From the IMG/VR virus record IMGVR_UViG_3300035670_002020: a DNA stretch of 15,280 nucleotides; one strand, 5' to 3'. The notes below the pieces were generated by a model. The model was not told the DNA's origin. It saw only the letters and a list, made by a program, of their open reading frames with translations, and ran no database searches. This stretch comes from a virus. How positions within the stretch are numbered: position 1 is the first letter of the stretch; each line of letters starts with the position of its first letter. The translations under genes and the position numbers were made by a program. Positions 6,432 through 13,087 of the stretch are shown piece by piece.

Positions 6432-7979
6432 TCAGGTTAAGTTAAACCAGTTTGCGCCAGCTGCAATTTTTGTAGCTAGTGCGCCGTATCCGTAGTAATT
6501 AACGTCAATTTGACCTGTGTTAATTACGTTGGTGCGTAGTGACAATCTTGGTGATTCGTACCAAGTGTAAGCGTCAGGGTTTACTACAGCCATTGAATAA
6601 TCTGCTGTGCCTACTCCACCTGAGCCAGTAAAGTTACGGGACACATATAGATCAAGTCCTGCAACTGAGCCACGCAGAGATTGTGGGCTTACTGCTCCAC
6701 CTGCGTTGCTTGGTTGTGAAGCTGTGTAGATTGGACGACCTGCGTCGTTGTAACCCATAATGTTACCCCATTGTTCAGGTGTAACAATAAGTGCGCGAGC
6801 AAAACCAAGTGAAGCTGAATAAACAGCTGCAGCTGCAGATGACACGTAAGCAATTAAGCCTTCTTTGTCATTGTCTTGTGGTGTTGCGTTAAGTGTTCCT
6901 GTACCTTGCATAGCTTGACCAACGAATGAGTCTGTTGCTTTTGCGTATGCGTATTCCATTTGACGTACTAATTCGTCAAAGAATACTGGTGATGAACGAT
7001 CTAATAATTCAACTGACAATGTTTGTTGTCCACCAAATTTTTTAACTGATACTGACACAAAAGATGAAGCTGTATCTGTTTCAGATAATGCTGAAGCCTC
7101 TGAAGCCTCTGCAACTGTTGGTGCTGTTGTAATTTTTGGAATCTCAAAAGACATACCTGAAGTTGGTAATGTTCCTTTACTGATTGCGTCAATAACTCCA
7201 CGATCAGCGTTTGCAATTCCGTTAATTACTTCGGTTGATTGTGGGGTTGGAATAAAACCTGCGTTGTTTGAGGTTGTGTCAGCTGCCATTACATATTGAC
7301 GGCTGTCTTCATTACCTAGAGCTGCTCTTAATGAGTGTTCTAAGTATGATCCTTTAGAAACAATTGGGCTTCTTGGTGCTGTGAAGATTGCAGGGCGTGC
7401 GTTACGTTCCTGTGCTTCAACAGCTGGGGTTGCTACAACTTCAGCTGCAACTTCCTCTACTACTTCTGGGGTAACTTCGTTTGACACGATAGTTTCCTCA
7501 CTTTCTGTTGTTGGTTGTGAAGTTTCTGCGCTTGCAGCTACTTCGGTTATTTGTGCGTATTCGCCAAATGCTGGAAATGTGACGTGTGAAACTTCTTTTA
7601 AGGTTGCTTCATTAACAATTACTTGTTCGCCTTTGGTGACGTAGTCGTCAATCATTGCGCCTACGCTAAATCCGGTTCGTAAACCCTCTTGTGCTTCGGC
7701 TAATGCGTCATCACCTGCATTGGTTCTTGCTATCTTGAATGTTCCGACAATTCCTTTGTCGTCTTCTTCATATCTTGATAATTTGCCAATTGGTCTAGTC
7801 ATATCGTGCTCGGTAAAAAGTTTAATACCTTCACCGATTTTTAATGAGCCTTGTTGAAAAACAACATCACCCATATTGGTATGTCCTACCTGACCAAAAG
7901 GAACAATAACGCCTGTTAATTCACGTTTTGATGAATTAGCTGCGATAATGTCGGTTGAGAACTTAATAAAGTTATTCAT
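6432..7979 (-). CDS. Fused prohead protease (HK97 gp4 / S78-like) - acidic linker - HK97-fold major capsid protein
   Basis: Residues 1 to about 146 carry protease motifs (FTEHDMTRPIGKL, GFSVGAMI, LKEVSHVTFPAF). Residues about 147-205 form a Glu/Val/Thr/Ala-rich low-complexity linker. The C-terminal 310 aa or so look like an HK97-type capsid protein (KKFGGQQTLSVELLDRS...). It is one uninterrupted 515-aa ORF, and its start overlaps the portal stop (ATGAATAA). Confidence 0.75.
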   Translation of the reverse strand: MNNFIKFSTDIIAANSSKRELTGVIVPFGQVGHTNMGDVVFQQGSLKIGEGIKLFTEHDMTRPIGKLSRYEEDDKGIVGTFKIARTNAGDDALAEAQEGLRTGFSVGAMIDDYVTKGEQVIVNEATLKEVSHVTFPAFGEYAQITEVAASAETSQPTTESEETIVSNEVTPEVVEEVAAEVVATPAVEAQERNARPAIFTAPRSPIVSKGSYLEHSLRAALGNEDSRQYVMAADTTSNNAGFIPTPQSTEVINGIANADRGVIDAISKGTLPTSGMSFEIPKITTAPTVAEASEASALSETDTASSFVSVSVKKFGGQQTLSVELLDRSSPVFFDELVRQMEYAYAKATDSFVGQAMQGTGTLNATPQDNDKEGLIAYVSSAAAAVYSASLGFARALIVTPEQWGNIMGYNDAGRPIYTASQPSNAGGAVSPQSLRGSVAGLDLYVSRNFTGSGGVGTADYSMAVVNPDAYTWYESPRLSLRTNVINTGQIDVNYYGYGALATKIAAGANWFNLT

Positions 7980-9075
7980 TAATTAAGTCTTCCCTTTCTC
8001 TTGCTTCCTCTACTGTCATTACACCAAGAGGAATAAGTTTTTGATATATTTCAGCGCGTTCTATAGCACTTGGGCTATAAAATTCTTCTAAATCAAATTT
8101 TACTATAGATCCACGTGGCGTAATATCGTTGTCGCTTAATCTTTGTGTAATACAAGTCATTAAAGGTTTTAATGACAAATCTATTAGGCTTCTTCTTTCA
8201 GCTGTAACGTTTGAGTAAGTCATTGAGCCACCTGCGTTACCACCTACGTAGTATTCAGGTAAATTACAAGCCCGACTTATTTCGGAAGCCATATATTGAC
8301 GTGCTTGGTTTAGCGTTAATTGTTCTGGGCTAAATCCTATGCTTTGGAAATCTATTGTGTCGTTTACAAAAGCTGTGCCACGTGTCTGTCTTGCTTCTTT
8401 CCAAGAATTTAATAGGGCTGTAACTCTTTCGGCTGGCATTGGCAAGTTAGATTTCAACACAACGTTAGGTGTTGGTTCGTCTGCAAATCTTTTAACTGCC
8501 TTTTCTAAAGCTAGTGCCGTAAGTATTGTTGTTCCTGCTCTTACAAGTAGTCCTTCGTCATATCCTGTAAATGGAATTAAAGAACCTAAACCATTTTCAG
8601 GTACACGATTGCCGTCTACGCTGTAATAACGTACGTTGTGACCTAATGAATCTAAAGTTCTAGTAATTCTTGATACTGAAATCCATTCAGCAGACAAAGG
8701 TCGTCCGTCTGTGCCAAGTTCAAGTATTCTTAAATATCCTTGACCTGTAAATAGTAAATCTTCTGCTAAAAATGTATATACAGATTGTCCTGTCATACGT
8801 GGGTCTGGTTGTCTAATAAAAGGTGGGGTCGGAACTTTACTGTTGTTTGATTCGCGTCTAACTTCTAATGGTAATGATCCGATAGTTGCACAAATAATGT
8901 TTCTAGCTCTTGCAACGGCTGGTACTTGCATTGCTTGGGCGCGTGATACTGCTGATAAACCAAAATAGTCAAAAGGTTGGGCGTATTGTTGATAATTGTA
9001 TGGTGCTACAGCTGCGTCTACTTTGTTTGCGCTGTTGTCAGGTGTAACACCTAATAGATTTTGGAAGAAGCCCAT
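7972..9075 (-). CDS. Portal protein (HK97 family-like)
   Basis: 367 aa between the terminase and the protease/capsid gene. The motif AMQVPAVARARNIICATIGSLPLEV resembles the conserved HK97-type portal N-terminal region. Confidence 0.75.
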   Translation of the reverse strand: MGFFQNLLGVTPDNSANKVDAAVAPYNYQQYAQPFDYFGLSAVSRAQAMQVPAVARARNIICATIGSLPLEVRRESNNSKVPTPPFIRQPDPRMTGQSVYTFLAEDLLFTGQGYLRILELGTDGRPLSAEWISVSRITRTLDSLGHNVRYYSVDGNRVPENGLGSLIPFTGYDEGLLVRAGTTILTALALEKAVKRFADEPTPNVVLKSNLPMPAERVTALLNSWKEARQTRGTAFVNDTIDFQSIGFSPEQLTLNQARQYMASEISRACNLPEYYVGGNAGGSMTYSNVTAERRSLIDLSLKPLMTCITQRLSDNDITPRGSIVKFDLEEFYSPSAIERAEIYQKLIPLGVMTVEEAREREDLINE

Positions 9076-9116
9076 AACTTCTAATTCTTTACCAAATCGT
9101 TATAATAGTCAAGCAC

Positions 9117-10553
9117 CTAAGCAACTACAATGTCTTGGTTTGACCCACGTATGCCGTACTGTTCAGCCTTAAATATTGCTAAGACCATTGAAATAGCAGC
9201 TGTTGATTGTTGTCGGCGCATAATATACCAAGCCCCAGACTCGTTTGCTTTTTTAATACAAGAATTAACGCTAGCTGTTAAATCAGGTTGATTACTATGA
9301 GCAAGTCTACCACCACTCATAGCCGATAATGTTGCGTCGCAGGCTTGGTAGTAGTCACTTCCTTTAATAACTTCTGCGTTTATGCCTGCCTGTCTTAGTT
9401 TGGCAACAACTGAGTCACCACTAAACCTATTAGCAACAATGGCTTCTGCGTTGTAATGTTTAGCCCACTCTGAAACACGTCCAGCAATAATTAAATCATC
9501 TATTGCGTATTCGGATTCAACACATTCCATTAGTCCTACAGCTATTGAGCCGTCATCAATTATTTGTGTTCCTGTTAATGCCCAACTTGTGCGCTCTGGT
9601 GATATTTCTAAACCTAACCAAGTTGATCTGTCTGGTTTAAGTTCAAGTATTGGTTGCATACAAGAGTTCCAAGAGCCAAGTGCCCAAGGGCTGTTCATTG
9701 TTGTTACCCACATACTTAAACACTCGGTCATAAAGACTTCTGTTGGGTCTGACATTCTGGCTTTGATTGCTGATATGTCAATAGTGCGACCTAGTGCAGG
9801 GTTTGCTTCTTTCCAGCCCTCTATGTCGTTTAGTTTTCTGTGTGGTGCAGCTGACCATTCCATAAAGTTGATGTCATCATCTGTATCTTTTTCAATTTTG
9901 TCTAATGCACGTTGTCTTAGGTTGTTTAGTACAACGCTTTGATGATCACCTGCGTTACTGATAAAGAACCCTTGAGAATTTGGGCGTGCTTGCATTGTGT
10001 ATGCCAAAGCACTAAAGGCGTCAAAGGTTTTATGTTGTCTTACTTCGTCTAAATAAACTGTGTCTGATGATAGTCCTCTAGCTGCGCCTGCTGTTGGTGC
10101 AATAATTTTGTATCTGCAACCTGAGCCTTTGATTTCTATTTCTTCTCGACCATTAGCTCTTGTTATGTGTTTAACTTTACGTCTAAGCCAATCAAAGTTA
10201 TCTACAACTTCTATAACTTGTCTAAATGTTTCTAAAGATAAGTCTCTGTTTTGTGCTGTTGCTACTTGTAGTTTCTCGTCCCATAGGTAAAGCCCTGCAA
10301 GGATACGCATACGCAGTAAATGTGTTTTGCCATTTTGTCTAGCTGCAATAATCAGGTTAGTTTTGTGTTGAAATGAGCCGTCTTCTTTTATTTTGCTTGT
10401 TTCAAGTATGACGTTTTCTTGCCAAGGCAGTAAAGGCATACCAATCTGTTTGGCAAACTCAACAACTTCGTGACCTTTAGTTTGGCTTACTAATGGTGTG
10501 GTCTGTAGTCTCGGTTCTGAGTTGCCGTAATGCTTCAAGTGGGTCTTCACCAA
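9117..10553 (-). CDS. Terminase large subunit
   Basis: Contains LLPWQ, Walker A-like AARQNGKTHLL, Walker B-like VYLDEV and a C-terminal nuclease-size domain. The start is uncertain (TTG 10553, GTG 10550 or TTG 10538) and overlaps the 3' end of the small terminase gene. Confidence 0.85.
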   Translation of the reverse strand: MVKTHLKHYGNSEPRLQTTPLVSQTKGHEVVEFAKQIGMPLLPWQENVILETSKIKEDGSFQHKTNLIIAARQNGKTHLLRMRILAGLYLWDEKLQVATAQNRDLSLETFRQVIEVVDNFDWLRRKVKHITRANGREEIEIKGSGCRYKIIAPTAGAARGLSSDTVYLDEVRQHKTFDAFSALAYTMQARPNSQGFFISNAGDHQSVVLNNLRQRALDKIEKDTDDDINFMEWSAAPHRKLNDIEGWKEANPALGRTIDISAIKARMSDPTEVFMTECLSMWVTTMNSPWALGSWNSCMQPILELKPDRSTWLGLEISPERTSWALTGTQIIDDGSIAVGLMECVESEYAIDDLIIAGRVSEWAKHYNAEAIVANRFSGDSVVAKLRQAGINAEVIKGSDYYQACDATLSAMSGGRLAHSNQPDLTASVNSCIKKANESGAWYIMRRQQSTAAISMVLAIFKAEQYGIRGSNQDIVVA

Positions 10554-10800
10554 CTTCTAATTCAGGTTTCTCTTTACGACCAAACAAGCTAAGCCCATAC
10601 TTATCTAAGATTTGTTGTAACTGTCCCATATACTTAACTTCTTCAATAGGTTTCAGTGTTCCACCGTCAAGAACACCAGCTAAAGTAAACGCCATAGCCA
10701 TACCAGCTGCGTCTAAGTCTGAGATAATTCCCTGACGTAATGCTTCGTCGTGTGCACGATCTAATGCTGGCAGAATTCTGTGCTTTTCTTCTTTAATCAT
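10477..10800 (-). CDS. Putative terminase small subunit (107 aa)
   Basis: Synteny: it sits between the HNH and the large terminase genes. I prefer ATG at 10800 (ATGATTAA overlap with the HNH stop, AAGGGG upstream). The track's 138-aa form extends into the HNH gene and looks like read-back. Confidence 0.5.
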   Translation of the reverse strand: MIKEEKHRILPALDRAHDEALRQGIISDLDAAGMAMAFTLAGVLDGGTLKPIEEVKYMGQLQQILDKYGLSLFGRKEKPELEVGEDPLEALRQLRTETTDHTISKPN

Positions 10801-11167
10801 TACGATTAACCCCTTTAGGTAATTGGAACGGGCTTTTAAGCTCTTTCGGAGAGAAAGAAGTGGCAGGGGTCGGTGGTGTCTTATCGTGCTCAAAAAATCG
10901 TATCATTTCTTTTTCTTTTCGCTTTCTTGCTCGTTTACGATTGTATTCTTGCTCGGTCTTTGATCCTTTAGAGTAGTTGCAATGTTTGCAAGCAGTAACG
11001 AGATTACTGAGTTCATCTGTGCCCCCTTTATGGATGGGTGTGAGATGATCGACTGTATTAGCTGTAGTAATTCCACAGTAGTAGCAGGTGTGGTTGTCTC
11101 GTTTAAGTACGAATGTTCTGAGTTTTCGCCAACGTGTTGATGATCCATTACGTTTAATTATATCCAT
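10793..11167 (-). CDS. HNH endonuclease (terminase-associated)
   Basis: Motifs CYYCG...VDHLTPIHKGGTDELSNLVTACKHCNYSKG. It lies directly upstream of the terminase genes, as in HK97-like cos phages. Confidence 0.85.
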   Translation of the reverse strand: MDIIKRNGSSTRWRKLRTFVLKRDNHTCYYCGITTANTVDHLTPIHKGGTDELSNLVTACKHCNYSKGSKTEQEYNRKRARKRKEKEMIRFFEHDKTPPTPATSFSPKELKSPFQLPKGVNRND

Positions 11168-11176
11168 ATGTTAATT

Positions 11177-11182
11177 ATTATA
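11177..11182 (-). promoter_or_regulatory. Candidate -10 box (TATAAT) for a leaderless or short-leader HNH/late transcript
   Basis: Perfect TATAAT 9 nt upstream of the HNH ATG, which has no SD. No convincing -35. Confidence 0.3.
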
Positions 11183-11313
11183 TATGTTAAGAACCTTTGA
11201 GTGTTGAAGTACAGAGAATGGCTTGAATGTAAACCACTCTCATAGTTGAACCCCTGAGGTTTCGTACTATCGAATGGAAGCCTTATTGGTTATTCGGCTT
11301 AGTCTTGCCATAT

Positions 11314-11365
11314 CATCACAAACTTATGTAGCTACTAGAAGACTCGTTAATAGCAGTTTGTGATG
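11314..11365. repeat. 11-bp perfect inverted repeat (CATCACAAACT / AGTTTGTGATG) with a 30-nt spacer
   Basis: Read directly: 11314-11324 is the reverse complement of 11355-11365. The spacer contains the 8-bp palindrome GTAGCTAC (11328-11335). Confidence 0.8.
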
Positions 11366-11505
11366 TCGTAACTTCTCGTATTGTTACACGCTACGTTGAT
11401 TAGGCATAGATAAGTAACGCCCTCTGACGGCGATTAAATTGGCTATCAACCAACCCTAGACTTTAGGTTTAGACTTGGCACTAGCTACCAAGTATGTAAC
11501 TTATA

Positions 11506-11754
11506 TCAGTAATCGTTGTAGTTGTCTATCCTTGGGTCTTGTATCCAATCATTTATTATCATTAAGTTTTCTTTACGTGCTAAATCACGATCTACTTTAT
11601 CTTGGTATTCTTCTAACTTCTTTTTATCGTCAAGCATTTTTTGGTAACACTTAGCGTCACGGCAGGGCACTTCTCTGCTGTTATCGTAATCGTAGTGATA
11701 ATGCAAGTATATTACTTTACTCATTGTCGCAATCGTGTTGTAATTCTTTGGCAA
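11506..11754 (-). CDS. Hypothetical protein (72-82 aa)
   Basis: ORF with a TTG at 11754 or an ATG at 11724 (MSKVIYLHYHYDYDNSREVPCRDAKCYQKM...). Charged and helical, with no recognisable family. It is the last gene before the ORF-free region. Confidence 0.5.
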   Translation of the reverse strand: MPKNYNTIATMSKVIYLHYHYDYDNSREVPCRDAKCYQKMLDDKKKLEEYQDKVDRDLARKENLMIINDWIQDPRIDNYNDY

Positions 11755-11794
11755 TCATTTTATGACACCCCTTACACCAAATATATGTAGCCAT
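11717..11794 (-). CDS. Candidate micro-ORF, 25 aa, Cys-rich (MATYIWCKGCHKMIAKELQHDCDNE)
   Basis: Its ATG overlaps the upstream stop as TAATG. CxxC plus H and C could form a small zinc knuckle. It is very short and speculative. Confidence 0.25.
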   Translation of the reverse strand: MATYIWCKGCHKMIAKELQHDCDNE

Positions 11795-11880
11795 TATTTG
11801 AGATATAACTTAATTGCTATAGATAGTGACGCAACACTTACAAACGCCCCAGCAAACATACCTATTATAAATTGTTGCAT
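11794..11880 (-). CDS. Candidate micro-ORF, 28 aa, hydrophobic (MQQFIIGMFAGAFVSVASLSIAIKLYLK)
   Basis: Its ATG overlaps the methyltransferase stop as TAATG, and its own stop overlaps the next ATG as TAATG. It contains a single hydrophobic helix. Confidence 0.35.
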   Translation of the reverse strand: MQQFIIGMFAGAFVSVASLSIAIKLYLK

Positions 11881-12380
11881 TATTTAGCTCTTTCCATAGA
11901 ATTTGTACCAACAAACAAATCTAATAATACATCATCTTTTTCATAACCTAACAAACTTAATACCCATTTGTTAAATTCATCTGGCTTAGCACCTTGTAAA
12001 CCTGTTTTGCGTGTTGGTGAGGTCATTAGCCAATCTTTTACCATTGGTTTACGACTACCTAATTTTTTGTTTGTCTTGAATAACACACACTCGTACATAT
12101 ATTGAGTCATTACAGGACGTATTTGTGCATAAGGTTTTACCCAAACAGCCATACGTGTTTTGTCAGGGCATTGTGGTAATAACCAACTTATATCTCGTGG
12201 GTTACAACTTAAAGCCCAACCATCATAAGCGTTATCCATCATAGTAACCAAATCTATGTGGGTCATTCTGTCGTCCCATATATAGGCTTCTTCGTGGTGT
12301 TTTTGATACATTTTTTTACCCATACCAAAATATGGTGGGTCAGCATAAGCAAATATCATTTGATCCTTTGCATACACCAT
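11880..12380 (-). CDS. Compact beta-class (N6-adenine/N4-cytosine type) DNA methyltransferase-like protein
   Basis: ADPPY (motif IV) lies almost at the N-terminus. The C-terminus has GAKPDEF...DDVLLDLFVGTNS, resembling the HPxxKP...vLDPFxGSGTT motif I region. Only 166 aa, or 159 aa from ATG 12359, which has an AAGGA SD. Confidence 0.6.
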   Translation of the reverse strand: MVYAKDQMIFAYADPPYFGMGKKMYQKHHEEAYIWDDRMTHIDLVTMMDNAYDGWALSCNPRDISWLLPQCPDKTRMAVWVKPYAQIRPVMTQYMYECVLFKTNKKLGSRKPMVKDWLMTSPTRKTGLQGAKPDEFNKWVLSLLGYEKDDVLLDLFVGTNSMERAK

Positions 12381-12425
12381 TTGCAGTAACTAGCGTTATA
12401 ACACCAACCACCACAGCTAACACAT

Positions 12426-12536
12426 CTACTTATCAAATTTAACATAGTTTTTGACCACCTCAAACAAGTTAGCCAAACCAAACACAGCTAGTATTACACC
12501 TGCAAACAGTAATGCGTCTATGTATCTTTGTTCCAT
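12426..12536 (-). CDS. Candidate micro-ORF, 36 aa, single-pass membrane peptide (MEQRYIDALLFAGVILAVFGLANLFEVVKNYVKFDK)
   Basis: ATG with an AGGGG SD 7 nt upstream and a clear hydrophobic core. Below the track cutoff. Confidence 0.4.
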   Translation of the reverse strand: MEQRYIDALLFAGVILAVFGLANLFEVVKNYVKFDK

Positions 12537-12555
12537 TTGTTGCCCCTGTCTTGAC

Positions 12556-12693
12556 TTAGTGTTTTTTTTCTACTATCTTTCTTGCTTCTTCCATATCATC
12601 TTGATTGTGGAAGTTTGATGATTTGCTGAGTAAGTCTTGTGATATTGAGAGTCGTAAGACTTGCTCTAGACGATATACGTCTTGTGGTTTCAT
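12556..12693 (-). CDS. Hypothetical 45-aa protein (MKPQDVYRLEQVLRLSISQDLL...)
   Basis: Internal ATG of the 104-aa track ORF, preceded by AAAGGGGGG 3 nt upstream. The longer form overlaps the Rpf gene by 92 nt and has an implausible N-terminus. Confidence 0.45.
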   Translation of the reverse strand: MKPQDVYRLEQVLRLSISQDLLSKSSNFHNQDDMEEARKIVEKKH

Positions 12694-12713
12694 TCGCCCC
12701 CCTTTCTTATGTC

Positions 12714-12779
12714 TTATTGTCGCATAAACAACGCTAATAACACCAGAAACACACCAACAAATACGATAATTGTTTCCAT
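12714..12779 (-). CDS. Candidate micro-ORF, 21 aa, hydrophobic (METIIVFVGVFLVLLALFMRQ)
   Basis: Its ATG overlaps the Rpf-gene stop as TAATG. The peptide is almost entirely a transmembrane-like helix. Confidence 0.35.
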   Translation of the reverse strand: METIIVFVGVFLVLLALFMRQ

Positions 12780-13087
12780 TATTTAACCCCCGTAATTTTT
12801 GAGCATTGTGGAAATGCTCGACTAAATCCTTGCTTAGACACAAGCAACTGTGCGCGTTTATATTGTTCACGCACAGAAGCCCGTGCAGGGTCGCCAGACC
12901 CCCCTACCCATTCCCACGATCTGTTATCAAACTGAAACAAGCCCCTATACTTGCCTGTTCGATTTACAGCTTGTGGGTTTAATGACGACTCACAGAACGC
13001 AATTTTCCGGTAACGCTCTGGTAGTAGCTCAACGTCATTAAAATATGGGTCAAGTAGTAATAGTTCTAAAATTGTTCTGTCTTCCAA
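12779..13087 (-). CDS. Stand-alone Rpf-domain (resuscitation-promoting-factor-like) lytic transglycosylase, 102 aa
   Basis: FCESSLNPQAVNRTGKYRGLFQFDNRSWEWVGGSGDPARASVREQYKRAQLLVSKQGFSRAFPQCSKITG aligns motif for motif with the Micrococcus luteus Rpf domain as I recall it ([49 protein letters not shown]...WPLCSQKLG). The catalytic Glu and both cysteines are included. The start is a TTG overlapping the upstream gene by 22 nt. Confidence 0.8.
   Translation of the reverse strand: MEDRTILELLLLDPYFNDVELLPERYRKIAFCESSLNPQAVNRTGKYRGLFQFDNRSWEWVGGSGDPARASVREQYKRAQLLVSKQGFSRAFPQCSKITGVK

Larger units (their letters stand above)
11168..11505. other. Largest ORF-free region (338 bp): candidate cos/packaging site and late-operon promoter
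   Basis: No ORF on either strand in an otherwise gap-free genome, directly upstream of HNH-TerS-TerL. It contains an 11-bp perfect inverted repeat, TAGACTT direct repeats and a GC-rich CGCCGTCAGAGGGCG element. Confidence 0.45.

Noticed and set aside
7091-7108. 9-nt tandem duplication (ctgaagcct x2) in the capsid gene
   Set aside because: It simply encodes a short EAS-EAS repeat within the ORF, is only two copies, and has no evident regulatory meaning.
7001-7216. 71-aa Gln/Leu-rich ORF inside the capsid gene
   Set aside because: It is an alternate frame of the capsid coding region. Its repetitive Q/L composition reflects the GCT/GAA-rich codons of the real frame.
9084-9112. TTGACT-17 nt-AAGAAT promoter-like pair in the terminase-portal gap
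   Set aside because: The -10 is weak (AAGAAT), and an internal promoter in the middle of the late operon is unnecessary. It is kept only as a note.
10903-11148. 81-aa ORF nested in the HNH gene
   Set aside because: It is an alternate frame of a gene with clear HNH motifs, and it has no independent signals.
11168-11505. tRNA or other cloverleaf RNA in the ORF-free region
   Set aside because: A GGTTCAAC T-loop-like string occurs on the minus strand (about 11245-11252), but no 5-bp T-stem, acceptor stem or anticodon arm could be built around it by eye. A covariance-model scan would be needed to be certain.
12694-12870. N-terminal 59 aa of the 104-aa track ORF (12556..12870)
   Set aside because: It overlaps the Rpf gene by 92 nt and the 21-aa micro-ORF, and its sequence is implausible. 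A strong SD precedes the internal ATG at 12693.
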